Part shown: piece after piece, positions 1 through 9,006 of the stretch | How the letters are laid out: every line of letters starts with the position of its first letter | Numbering within the stretch: the stretch's first letter is position 1 | Assembly (NCBI GenBank): GCA_051439505.1 | Contig: JBFRWI010000192.1 | Location: 1 to 49,102, forward strand | Direction: 5' to 3' | Origin: Hormoscilla sp. | GTDB lineage: Bacteria; Cyanobacteriota; Cyanobacteriia; Cyanobacteriales; Desertifilaceae | Length of the DNA: 49,102 bases | Position numbers and translations under genes: made by a program | Notes under the pieces: generated by a model | The model's input: only the letters and a program-made list of their open reading frames with translations | The model's database searches: none | What the model was told of the DNA's origin: nothing

Positions 1-1287
1 GGTAAGCGCGTCGTCCGGCGTCTGGTCGATCGCCATTACCCAGTGCGGGCCTTAGTTAGAGATGTTAGCAGGGCCAGGGAGATGTTGGGGGATAAAGTGG
101 AACTCTTTGAAGGAGATATCACTATCCCAGAAACCTTGACTGCGAAAATGATGCTGGATGTCAGGGCAGTTATCTGCTGTACTGGGGTGAAAGTGCAACC
201 CGTTGAAGGTGACACTCCGACTCGGGAAAAATATTATCAAGGCATCAAGTTCTATATGCCAGAAGTTGTTGATAGTCCAGAGATTGTGGACTATCAGGGA
301 ATTGCTAATTTGGTGCAAGTTGCGACGCGATATCTGCCGAAAGCTGAGGAAAAACTCATCTTTGACTTTACGAACCCATCCGCTGATTTGAAGCAAACCT
401 GGGGTGCAGTGGATGATGTGGTCATGGGTGGAGTGAGTGCAAGTGAAATGAGACTGATAGATGAGGGGGCGGTGTTCGCGGGAAATGTCTCAACTGCTAA
501 TTCTGGTGGTTTTGCGTCGGTGCGTACCAAAAACTTCGAGATGCCCCTTAACCTGACAGGTTACACTGGCATGGAGTTGCGGGTCAAGGGGGATGGTAAG
601 CGCTATAAATTTCTGCTCCGCACTGAGGGGAAATGGGATGGGATTGGTTTTAGCTATTCTTTTGATACGGAACCTAACCGCTGGATAACTGTGAGAATTC
701 CCTTTGATGAATTTATTCCGGTGTTTCGCGCTAAAACTGTGCCGGACGCTAAACTGGATATTAGCAGCATTTACGCTTGTCAGTTGATGTTGAGTAAGTT
801 TGAGTACGATGGCGGACTTAATCCCCATTTTACTCCTGGTGGTTTTGCTTTGCAAGTGGAATCCATTAAAGCCTATGGCGGTGCTGTTAAACCACAGTTT
901 ATTCAGATCAGTTCCGCTGGGGTGACTCGTCCGGGCCGACCTGGGATTAATCTAGAGGAAGAACCACCCGCTGTGAGAATGAACGAGCAGTTGGGAGGAA
1001 TTCTCACCTGGAAACTCCGGGGAGAAGATGCTATTCGCGCTAGCGGTATTCCCTATATGATTGTCAGACCTTGTGCCCTGACGGAAAAGGAGGGTGGAAA
1101 ATCTCTGATGTTTGACCAAGGGGATAATATTAAAGGTCAAGTTAGTCGGGAAGATATCGCTGAACTCTGTTTGCAGGCGATCGATCAACCCCAGGCATAT
1201 AATGTTACCTTCGAGGTCAAGGAGGCAGATGGCGCTGCCTCGGCCAACTGGCAGGAACTTTTTGCGAGTTTACAAGCGGATAAGTAG
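1..1287 (+). CDS. CIA30 / NAD(P)-binding (NmrA-like) protein, 5' end outside the window
   Basis: Frame is open from base 1 (GKRVVRRLVDRHYPVRALVRD, tail of a Rossmann motif). CIA30 signatures WGAVDDVVMGGVS, GGFASVR and LRVKGDGKRY; C-terminal IVRPCALT...VSREDIA. Confidence 0.9.
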   Translation, partial: GKRVVRRLVDRHYPVRALVRDVSRAREMLGDKVELFEGDITIPETLTAKMMLDVRAVICCTGVKVQPVEGDTPTREKYYQGIKFYMPEVVDSPEIVDYQGIANLVQVATRYLPKAEEKLIFDFTNPSADLKQTWGAVDDVVMGGVSASEMRLIDEGAVFAGNVSTANSGGFASVRTKNFEMPLNLTGYTGMELRVKGDGKRYKFLLRTEGKWDGIGFSYSFDTEPNRWITVRIPFDEFIPVFRAKTVPDAKLDISSIYACQLMLSKFEYDGGLNPHFTPGGFALQVESIKAYGGAVKPQFIQISSAGVTRPGRPGINLEEEPPAVRMNEQLGGILTWKLRGEDAIRASGIPYMIVRPCALTEKEGGKSLMFDQGDNIKGQVSREDIAELCLQAIDQPQAYNVTFEVKEADGAASANWQELFASLQADK

Positions 1288-1294
1288 TAATGTA

Positions 1295-1485
1295 CTGAGA
1301 TCTTGTACCATTGTAAATTAGCCTCCTGGCCCGCCGTGGGTTAAAACCCACGGCTAATAGCTTAAGTGGGTTAAAACCCACTATCTACATTGTCAGATGC
1401 GCGTTTTCCCCTCGTTCCCACAGGGGACCCCTGGGAACGAGTTATAGAGGCAGATCCTCTAGTTGACAATGGTGCAAGATATGAG
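1295..1485. mobile_element. MITE-like composite with imperfect 27-bp terminal inverted repeats, containing REP-like hairpins
   Basis: Left end CTGAGATCTTGTACCATTGTAAATTAG versus reverse complement of right end CTCATATCTTGCACCATTGTCAACTAG (5 mismatches). No TSD seen. Confidence 0.55.
1329..1383. repeat. REP-like double hairpin, family A, copy 1
   Basis: GCCGTGGGTTAAAACCCACGGC-TAATAGCT-AGTGGGTTAAAACCCACT; related copies at 4128, 33859, 34472 (inverted) and 42099. Confidence 0.85.
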
Positions 1486-1520
1486 AAGGGGTAATTTTCA
1501 AGTTAGAAGGATAATCGCAG

Positions 1521-1907
1521 ATGTCGAAAGAAGCAATTGAAAAAGTTGTAGTTGCCTATTATAATAACATGGCAGCGATGAATGCAGCGGGCTGGACGGA
1601 AAGCTTTGCTGATGATGCGGTAATTTGTGACCCGGTTGACAAACCGCCGATGAATGCCCATAGCGATGGAGAAAAGTTCTTCGCCCTGTTGGCTAAATTT
1701 TACGATAAGCTGGAAGTATCGCCAGAGCATATCTTTATCACTGGCAATGGGGCGGCGGCTAAATGGACGATGCGGGCGATCGCCAAAAATGGCAAGACTG
1801 CTAGTTCTGAGGGTATTACTGTTTTTGAAATGAATTCTGAAGGGTTAATTCAAAAGCTATCCTCTTACTGGGATGAAGCTGCTATGCTGGCACAATTGAA
1901 GGGATAA
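1521..1907 (+). CDS. NTF2/SnoaL-like (ketosteroid isomerase-like) protein
   Basis: 128 aa; FADDAVICDPV, GITVFEMNSEGLIQKLSSYWD pattern. Confidence 0.85.
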   Translation: MSKEAIEKVVVAYYNNMAAMNAAGWTESFADDAVICDPVDKPPMNAHSDGEKFFALLAKFYDKLEVSPEHIFITGNGAAAKWTMRAIAKNGKTASSEGITVFEMNSEGLIQKLSSYWDEAAMLAQLKG

Positions 1908-1968
1908 GGATCCTCTGGGGGGCGATCGCGCCCCTCTGTCAAGATCCTAATATCACCAGGAGGCGATC

Positions 1969-2598
1969 GTGACAAAAGCGATAGAACTCGGCCAATCTTA
2001 TACCTTTTATGACTACAGCAAGCTCAATTATTACAGGGAAGATATTTTCGCATATTTTGGGTATAGTTTCCAATCAGAAGCGGTAACACTTCCTCAATCT
2101 CAAGGTCAGTTAGACAGATTAGAAAGTTTACGCCAAAGGATCGAAGAAAGTTTACCGCTGGTTACTTTAGACAGCGAAGCAGCACGCCGAGAGTTTTTGA
2201 TTGCACCAGTTTTAATGGATTTGATTCATTATACTCGCGTGAAAGTCAAGGTGAGTTATCCTTTAGCAGTAAACGACCAGTTAAAAGGTGCGTTAGATTA
2301 CTATTTACAATCTGAGAATCATTTGTTGGCGATCGAAGCGCAGGATGAAAATTTACAAGGGGGGTTTACGCAATTGGGGGTTGAGTTAATTGCGATCGAT
2401 CGGGCGATCGCCCAAGGTCAGCAACCAGAAAGTAAATGCCTCTATGGTGCAGTTTCCATTGGCAATATTTGGCAGTTTGGGTTTTTGACCAGGGATAAAA
2501 AACAGATTACCCAAGATTTGAACCTATATCGCGTGCCCAATGATTTGGAAGATTTAATGGGGATTTTGGTGGCGATCGTTCAGGGAGAAGGTGCGTAG
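1969..2598 (+). CDS. Conserved cyanobacterial hypothetical protein, probable PD-(D/E)XK-like fold
   Basis: SEAARREFLIAPVL, LKGALDY, IEA, YGAVSIGNIWQFG motifs; RBS-like AGGAGG before GTG. Confidence 0.7.
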   Translation: MTKAIELGQSYTFYDYSKLNYYREDIFAYFGYSFQSEAVTLPQSQGQLDRLESLRQRIEESLPLVTLDSEAARREFLIAPVLMDLIHYTRVKVKVSYPLAVNDQLKGALDYYLQSENHLLAIEAQDENLQGGFTQLGVELIAIDRAIAQGQQPESKCLYGAVSIGNIWQFGFLTRDKKQITQDLNLYRVPNDLEDLMGILVAIVQGEGA

Positions 2599-2659
2599 AT
2601 TGTATTTCATTAATTCAAGATATAATAGACAAGATAAAACTTAATTGAAACTTAACTTT

Positions 2660-2920
2660 ATGTTGCACACATTTAAGGCTGTATTGACAGGAAACTGCTT
2701 AGAGTGGCTTGATGAAACTCCAGAAACGAGCGATCGCCCTTTGGAGGTTCATGTTACAATTTTAGAATCCCATCCAGGTAGAGAGACAGTCTCTCGCGGT
2801 CAGAAAATGGCAGAAGCTTTAGAAAAACTTGCTGCCCTCAATACTTTCGCGGGAGTGGATCCAGTGGCATGGCAGCGCGATATACGTCAATACCGATCCC
2901 TCCCCCATGTTAAAGGATAA
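2660..2920 (+). CDS. Small hypothetical protein, antitoxin-like
   Basis: MLHTFKAVLTGNCLEWL...DPVAWQRDIR resembles small proteins usually paired with PIN toxins; ATG at 2660 preferred over TTG at 2645. Confidence 0.55.
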   Translation: MLHTFKAVLTGNCLEWLDETPETSDRPLEVHVTILESHPGRETVSRGQKMAEALEKLAALNTFAGVDPVAWQRDIRQYRSLPHVKG

Positions 2921-3103
2921 GCGGAGCAATTAGATGCCATCGACGATCGCGAACTCGCCCGCAGAATAAAGAAAATGCTGGTGCTAGAGTTGGTGTCGGG
3001 AATGTTAGACGATCTCAGCCCAGAACAAATGGAAATTTTTGACGCGGCAGTAGAAGGGAGATGGAAGGGTGAAGCGATCGCCTCGATTACAGGCTATAAT
3101 TAA
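2921..3103 (+). pseudogene. 5'-truncated fragment of a second small hypothetical/antitoxin-like gene
   Basis: Open frame AEQLDAIDDRELARRIKKMLVLELVSGMLDDLSPEQMEIFDAAVEGR... directly after the TAA of the previous ORF, with no start codon at the 5' end of the frame. Confidence 0.45.
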
Positions 3104-3256
3104 AAAGGAGACTAGACAATTTTTACTGTCAACTCGACAAGGAGGATCTTATGGTAGATGAGATCGCTCACCCTCGGTAAATCAACCGGATTTCTTGTGG
3201 GTAAAATGTAGATATTTTGTTGGGTTACTCACCCGAAATCCGGTTGAGAGCTTCTA

Positions 3257-4039
3257 CTAGATAAGGTGTAATAGATCCAGCGTCAGGCTATAAAAAGCAC
3301 CAGATTCGTCATACTTGAGGATCAGTTCGTGCATATCGGAGGGTGTTACTAGCCAATTGGCTGCCAGGATAAAGGGACTGCCCACAATCACCCGATCGGG
3401 GCAACTGATCGAAACACCATCAGGCAAAAAGAAAGCATGATGTCCTTCCCAATTCCAATGTAGCTTGCTCGGCACTGGCTCGGAAATCTTCAGATCCGGG
3501 GTAATGGTGACAGATGTGCCTTGCCAATTGCCACTTAAATTGCGATCGGGCAATTGCTGTAGTTCAGTTGACCAATATTGACTAGGGAAACCCGCAGCAT
3601 CTTCACGAATATTCGTCGTTCTCAATAAATTTCCCTGCTCATCATAAACAATTACCACAGTAGGTCGTAATTCCTCGTGCATGAAAAATAACTCAGCCCC
3701 AAAATAGGAGTCTGTTTTTAATTGGGTTGTCACCCACCCTGCATGACCTGATGCCAGGAAAACCCCCCTCCCTGTGCTGCTTGCTGGGTGAAATAGTCCA
3801 TCAGGTAAACTATGAGTTCCCTGATTAAACTCCCAACTTTTTTCCTCTGTGTTGCCTTCAGGGTACATGTACAGATTTCTTTGAACGATTTCGGTTTGCG
3901 CCCGATCGCTACTAAAGCTTCTGAGACTTCTAAAGTACTCTGTGACCTCTCCTTGGGCATCGTATCTCGTCCAAATACCGTGCCAGTCCCGCAAATGCTT
4001 GGCAGTTAAGTTTTTCCAGTTCTGTTCTTGGGGATCCAT
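3257..4039 (-). CDS. DUF3598 family protein
   Basis: QNW...HLRDWHGIWTRY N-terminus; WQGTS and FLPDGVSISCP motifs. Confidence 0.8.
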   Translation of the reverse strand: MDPQEQNWKNLTAKHLRDWHGIWTRYDAQGEVTEYFRSLRSFSSDRAQTEIVQRNLYMYPEGNTEEKSWEFNQGTHSLPDGLFHPASSTGRGVFLASGHAGWVTTQLKTDSYFGAELFFMHEELRPTVVIVYDEQGNLLRTTNIREDAAGFPSQYWSTELQQLPDRNLSGNWQGTSVTITPDLKISEPVPSKLHWNWEGHHAFFLPDGVSISCPDRVIVGSPFILAANWLVTPSDMHELILKYDESGAFYSLTLDLLHLI

Positions 4040-4127
4040 ATAATTCCTCTGTCAGTGGTCGGCGGTCAAAATCACATTACTATGAACGTGAATTTGCTAC
4101 AATTTGTCTTCTGTAATTTGCTCTCTT

Positions 4128-4240
4128 CGCTGTCAGCCCGCCGGGGGTTCAAACCCCCGGCTAATAGCTAAAGTCGGTTAAAACCGACTAATAAAATCAC
4201 GCTTAAAGTCATAATAGCATTGTTTTGACAAAATGGTATT
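4128..4240. repeat. REP-like family A copy 2 with trailing palindrome TAGCATTGTTTTGACAAAATGGTA
   Basis: Core identical to 33859-33921; the same trailing palindrome recurs at about 33965-33990. Confidence 0.85.
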
Positions 4241-4703
4241 ATTGGTCGCTATTTTGATCTACCCGACTGTCCACAATTACTAGCAAACCCTTAAATACTC
4301 CCTCCCGATCGAACAGTTGACTTGTGCGCACCCGTTCGGTATCGCTTACCAGGGTCATTGTCTCCAGGTCCAGAACTTTCCCAGTCTCTTTGTGGACAAC
4401 TTGCACGTATATTGTACTCTCTCCATGCTCGATCGCCCCCATGGTCACTTGTTTCATTTTCGGAGAATCTGTTTTATACTCCACCTCACCATTCCCAAGG
4501 GGAAAGACATCGTACTGGTTGGTTTTGGACGTACCATCATTGTAAATATATGTGTTCGAGATTACCCACTTATCCTCAAACTGCTCCCATTTTTGAGTGG
4601 TTTTGTAGGATTTTGTTTGCTGCATGTTAGGATCTAGGACTTTCAAAGTCCCCGACCATTTCCCTACATGTCTCGGAAATACTTTGTAATCTGTCGTCTT
4701 CAT
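4239..4703 (-). CDS. Hypothetical beta-barrel (calycin/DUF3598-like) protein
   Basis: FPRHVGKWSG N-terminal GxW motif; beta-rich; RBS-like AGGAG upstream. Confidence 0.65.
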   Translation of the reverse strand: MKTTDYKVFPRHVGKWSGTLKVLDPNMQQTKSYKTTQKWEQFEDKWVISNTYIYNDGTSKTNQYDVFPLGNGEVEYKTDSPKMKQVTMGAIEHGESTIYVQVVHKETGKVLDLETMTLVSDTERVRTSQLFDREGVFKGLLVIVDSRVDQNSDQ

Positions 4704-4759
4704 CTACTCTCCTGTTCTCTCACACTTCTCTACCATTATACCACTTGCCAATCATTTTG

Positions 4760-4798
4760 TTATCAGAAATAAATGGCTCAGCCCTTTATTTCTGATAA
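4760..4798 (-). terminator. Hairpin downstream of the pathogen-related/SnoaL gene
   Basis: TTATCAGAAATAAA...TTTATTTCTGATAA perfect 14-bp stem, 8 nt after the stop codon. Confidence 0.55.
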
Positions 4799-4805
4799 TC
4801 CCGAA

Positions 4806-5477
4806 TCAAGAATTCTCCTGAGAATGGAATGGACAGCCGGCGCTTAACTTTTTGAGAAACTCGCTGTTATCGAAAAAATGTTCCAAAGACTCAATTTTCA
4901 AGTCTTCAGTCACGCGCGCAATACTGACTCCCACGACTTCGATCGTTTCTCCTGTGGGGGCGCGGTCCTTGAATGGTCCGTTCAGAGTTCCCCAATGCCG
5001 CCATTTGAATGTTACATTTGGCGGTCCGGCAAGCACTTCTGTTATTTCCCAGAGAAACCCATTGGGAAACGCTGCGTGGAAGATTTTCTCAGCTGAGTAA
5101 AAGGTTTCCTCTGAGGAACGATAATGTTCCGTATCGCCCAGAAATATGTTATATGTTCCGCTCTCTGCAACTTCCTCGGCGGTGTAAGGCCGTCCCCCGT
5201 TGGTCATCATCTGAAACTTATCGGTGACAATGGATATCCATTGTTGGGAGTTGGCTTTGTGAGATGCTTCCATTTCAAATGTTCTCACCAAGTTTTGGGC
5301 GTTCGCCTCCAAGGAACCTTCCGGATGATGGAACTGACTCTCTTCCTTGAGGAATGTATCCGTCTTGCCATAATCCGGTTGTTCGCCCGATCGCCATTCT
5401 ACCCCAGCATCCGACGCAATGACGGTATTTCTGTCTTGCACCCAGAGAGGCAATTCTGTAGTATCAGTATTACTCAT
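4806..5477 (-). CDS. Pathogen-related protein / SnoaL-like ester cyclase family
   Basis: WRSGEQPDY, NLVRTFEMEASHK, FPNGFLWE, FKWRHWG, terminal GCPFH. Start set at MSNTD because the longer ORF runs into duplicated non-coding DNA. Confidence 0.8.
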   Translation of the reverse strand: MSNTDTTELPLWVQDRNTVIASDAGVEWRSGEQPDYGKTDTFLKEESQFHHPEGSLEANAQNLVRTFEMEASHKANSQQWISIVTDKFQMMTNGGRPYTAEEVAESGTYNIFLGDTEHYRSSEETFYSAEKIFHAAFPNGFLWEITEVLAGPPNVTFKWRHWGTLNGPFKDRAPTGETIEVVGVSIARVTEDLKIESLEHFFDNSEFLKKLSAGCPFHSQENS

Positions 5478-5494
5478 GTTCGACCCTTGTGTAG

Positions 5495-5682
5495 TACCCT
5501 GAATCAACATATCATCAATGGTGCTCTCTGTGCTGTTAAGATAGATAAGTACATAAAACTTAACAAAAGTTCTAATCAGGCGATCTTCAGATCGGCCCTG
5601 GCCCTGCTGGTGGCAGCCCGGGCAGGACAACTGGCGATCGCCCAAGGAACAAAACCAAGTGAGGGTGCTGGTGCTGGGTGCT
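5495..5682 (+). repeat. Degraded duplicate of 7404-7685 (upstream region and 5' coding part of the amine oxidase gene) with an internal deletion
   Basis: 5495-5585 matches 7404-7495 and 5592-5682 matches 7596-7685. Confidence 0.9.
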
Positions 5683-5690
5683 ATTTAGTC

Positions 5691-6950
5691 TCAACTCCAG
5701 GAATAAGACCCAAACCGGTCTTTAACAGCCTTTTCAGTCAACCCAAACTGCTCCAACGTATAACGATGAACCCCACGCTTGTGTTGAGGATTGTCATTAA
5801 TCCAGCCATTAAGCTTAGCCTCATACTGAGGCGTAAAGGGATAGCCGAAATATTCATAAATCTGGCGAATCATAGCCACTGGATCTTTCACGAAGACTTG
5901 ATAGTCCACATCGTAAAAACGGTCTGGATCGGCCATTTCCTTCACCGCCATGGCCCGTGCGGTTGCCTCTGAAAGCCGTTGGAGCCAATGCTGACCCACG
6001 GCAGTTGCATCTACCCGATCGGCAAAACGAATCCGCCCGATCGCTGACAAACTGCAACAAGAGGGCAACACTTGCAGGGGATCGCGGTGGATGTAGACGA
6101 TCGAAGCATCAGGGAAAGCCTTCAGCAAGGCATCTATAGCATAAATATGGGCAGGTGCCTTGAGCACCCAGTGACTGCCTGGCCAGCGCTGACTGAGATA
6201 CTGCAATTGAAAACGATAGTATTGGTAGCTTTCGGTTAAATATTGTTCCTGAAGCCAATCAGAGTAGGGTTTGACATCAGCTCGGAAATCAAACAAATGT
6301 CCCACCATGTCATGTTCAAACAGACGACTGCATTCTACAGGTCGGGACACATCAATGTGGTGGGCAGTGGAAAAGTTGGGTGCCAGGGTATTTTGGAACT
6401 GGAGCAGGTCGAAGGCGTATTGGTTGCGTGGGTCCGTTTCCCAAGTCTCAGGGGACGGTGGTGGGCAAGGATCGAGGGATTCTCCTAGGTGCAACCAGCG
6501 ACAGTCGGGATCTTCTGCCAACAAATTGTGGAGAAAGGTGGTACCACTGCGAAACATCCCCACCACAAAGAGGGGTTTGGGCAGAGGGCGTTGGGCAATT
6601 TCTGGATGGCGTTTGCGTTGGTCCTGGAGTTTGAGGCGGTTGGCCAGGAGTCGGACAAAGTAGAAGCGGCGGAAATAATAGCGACCGGCGGCGTTGAGAT
6701 CGGCGACCGTGGTGAGGGCGTCGAGTAATTTCTGGAGTCGGGGGCGAAAGCTGTCACTGCCCCAGTCGGACAAACCTGTAATGTTTTCGGTCGTTTCCAG
6801 GAGGTTGGTTTCGTTGAGATTGAGGGGACCTAGGTGATAGGTTTGGGGAATTTGGTGGCCCACCCAGTTGAGAAGCTGGAGAGGGAGGGGACGACGAATC
6901 TGTTGGTAGGTTGCCCCAGTGGCAGTGGCTTGCTGAGATGATGGCGACAT
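5691..6950 (-). CDS. Sulfotransferase (PAPS-dependent, Sulfotransfer_3-type)
   Basis: 5'-PSB motif GMFRSGTTFLHNLL, WVLKAPAH, 3'-PB motif HRDP..V.PS. Confidence 0.9.
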   Translation of the reverse strand: MSPSSQQATATGATYQQIRRPLPLQLLNWVGHQIPQTYHLGPLNLNETNLLETTENITGLSDWGSDSFRPRLQKLLDALTTVADLNAAGRYYFRRFYFVRLLANRLKLQDQRKRHPEIAQRPLPKPLFVVGMFRSGTTFLHNLLAEDPDCRWLHLGESLDPCPPPSPETWETDPRNQYAFDLLQFQNTLAPNFSTAHHIDVSRPVECSRLFEHDMVGHLFDFRADVKPYSDWLQEQYLTESYQYYRFQLQYLSQRWPGSHWVLKAPAHIYAIDALLKAFPDASIVYIHRDPLQVLPSCCSLSAIGRIRFADRVDATAVGQHWLQRLSEATARAMAVKEMADPDRFYDVDYQVFVKDPVAMIRQIYEYFGYPFTPQYEAKLNGWINDNPQHKRGVHRYTLEQFGLTEKAVKDRFGSYSWS

Positions 6951-7150
6951 AAGCAATTCAAAATTCAAAATTCATAATTCAAAATTGGGAAAGTCCCTGA
7001 GAACAAGGATCTCGGCGTAGGCCCATGCAATTTAAATGCACGACAGCTTAGTACAAAAAACAAAAGAATCAACAAAGTGGGCCGTCCCAGAAACCCGGTT
7101 TCTGGGACGCACTATAGCACTTCTCATCCTTTGTGTGATACGCGATTGGT

Positions 7151-7221
7151 GAGATTGCTTCGGGGGGGGGTTAACGCATAAAGCATAAGTTGATCGCGGT
7201 TATCCCCCCCTCGCAATGACA
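7151..7221. repeat. REP-like family B (GAGATTGC...CCCCTCGCAATGACA)
   Basis: Related copies at 15555-15624, 20849-21059 (inverted pair) and 42658-42754. Confidence 0.8.
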
Positions 7222-7550
7222 AATAGGCGATTCTATTATATACCACATTAATGCCGAGATTCGCACTACATAACGTTGAACGCGATCCATGGGGTAGTTT
7301 ATATAGGATAAGAGCGTCAATCTGTATTTCTTTCCTGGACCCCGAGAGGTCATTCTCTAGTATCTGTATTGCTCATATTTAACCCTATTCAACCCTACTG
7401 TACTACCCTGAATCAACATATCATAACTTGTGCTCTCTGTGCTGTTAAGATAGATAAGTACATGAAACTTAACAAAACTTAAAATGCAGGCGATCGCAAT
7501 TGCAGGTAAGCTGGGGAATGGAAGCGTCAGGAGAAAAGAATGCAGTGAGG

Positions 7551-8972
7551 ATGGGGAGTTGGAAGCGCCGTGATTTCTTATTAAGACTCAGCCAGTCGGC
7601 CCTGGCCCTGCTGGTGGCAGGCCGGGCAGAACAACTGGCGATCGCCCAAGGCCCAAAAGCAACTTCAGTGCTGGTGCTGGGTGCTGGTCTTTCCGGTTTA
7701 TATGCGGCTTGGCTGTTGGAAGCTGCGGGAGTTTCCGTGACGGTATTGGAGGCACGCGATCGGGTGGGGGGTCGAGTTTATACTTTAGAAGACCTACCAT
7801 GGAAACCGGAAGCTGGAGGTCAAGGTTTCAGCGAGAACTACAAGCGCCTGTTAACCCTGGCACAGATCCTGGGAGTACAGACGGAACCGGTGAGACGCGA
7901 TCGGCAATTATTACTTAATGTTCGGGGGGAATCTCTGTTACCCCCAGACTGGAAAAATGCAGCGGTCAATCAATTAACAGAAAGGGAACGCAGTATCATG
8001 CCACTGGGCTTGATGAGACATTATCTGCGTCCGGATAATCCCTTGAAGGATGCTAAAGCCTGGACATCGCCGCAATATTTTAACCTGGACATTTCCCTAG
8101 AAAAATATCTGCGGACCAAAGGGGCATCGCCAGAAGCCCTGCGGCTGATGAATGTTTATCCTTTCTTCATGAATGGCATCGAGACTGCCTCGGCCCTGTG
8201 GGCCCTCAGGAATGACCAGCGATCGCAAAGGCCCAGTCAAAACCCCACACATATTAAAGGCGGTAACAGTCGTCTGCCCCAACAGATGGCCAACGCATTG
8301 AAGTCTCCCGTACAAAGGAATAAAATAGTGGAGGCTATTCGCAGTGGCGAAAGGGAAGTGAAAGTATACTGTACTGATGGTTCCCAATTAAGGGCTGATT
8401 ATGCTGTCTGTACTCTACCTTTTTCCGTGCTGCGTCAGGTCCAAATAGATCCTCCTTTTCGAGGAGAACAGGCAGAGGCGGTGCGAGAATTGCCCTATAC
8501 AATGGTAACTCAGGTACATCTGAAAGTGCTTCGTCCTTTCTGGGAAGAGGATAGCTACCCGATCGGGATGTGGACAGACTCGGTGCTAGAATTAATGTTT
8601 CCCCAAAAGGATGCTAATGGGCAAGTACAAGGTATGGTTTGCTGGGCAAATGGAGACAGTGCGAAAAAATTGGATGCCATGTCGGCACGGGAATTAAACC
8701 AATTTGTGCTGGCAGAACTGAAGCGCCTGCGCCCCGCGACAGAGGGTAACATAGAAATAGCCCGGGTGGTTTCCTGGGGAAGCGATCGCTATGCCCGAGG
8801 GGCTTATGTTTATTTTGCCCCGGGACAAATCAGCCAGTTTCGGGATAAGATGGCTAAACCCTGGCAGCGCATTCACTTTGCTGGCGAACATACGGCGATC
8901 GCCTCTCCGGGCATGGAATCAGCCTTAGAATCAGCAGAACGAGTTGTGGGGGAGATTTTGGCTCGCAGATAA
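7551..8972 (+). CDS. Flavin monoamine oxidase family protein with Tat signal peptide
   Basis: KRRDFLL twin-arginine motif; GAGLSGL...EARDRVGGR FAD site; IHFAGEHT...GMESALES. Confidence 0.9.
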   Translation: MGSWKRRDFLLRLSQSALALLVAGRAEQLAIAQGPKATSVLVLGAGLSGLYAAWLLEAAGVSVTVLEARDRVGGRVYTLEDLPWKPEAGGQGFSENYKRLLTLAQILGVQTEPVRRDRQLLLNVRGESLLPPDWKNAAVNQLTERERSIMPLGLMRHYLRPDNPLKDAKAWTSPQYFNLDISLEKYLRTKGASPEALRLMNVYPFFMNGIETASALWALRNDQRSQRPSQNPTHIKGGNSRLPQQMANALKSPVQRNKIVEAIRSGEREVKVYCTDGSQLRADYAVCTLPFSVLRQVQIDPPFRGEQAEAVRELPYTMVTQVHLKVLRPFWEEDSYPIGMWTDSVLELMFPQKDANGQVQGMVCWANGDSAKKLDAMSARELNQFVLAELKRLRPATEGNIEIARVVSWGSDRYARGAYVYFAPGQISQFRDKMAKPWQRIHFAGEHTAIASPGMESALESAERVVGEILARR

Positions 8973-9006
8973 GAGTAAAGTTATGCAATAATGAGCGGAT
9001 GGAATC

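Noticed and set aside
2660..3103. Programmed stop-codon readthrough joining the two in-frame ORFs
   Set aside because: TAA stop with no recoding signal; juxtaposition of two gene fragments is the simpler explanation.
5124..5972. 282-aa plus-strand ORF
   Set aside because: Antisense to two real genes and crossing the duplicated segment; its ALALLVAARAGQLAIAQG stretch is just the amine oxidase duplicate.
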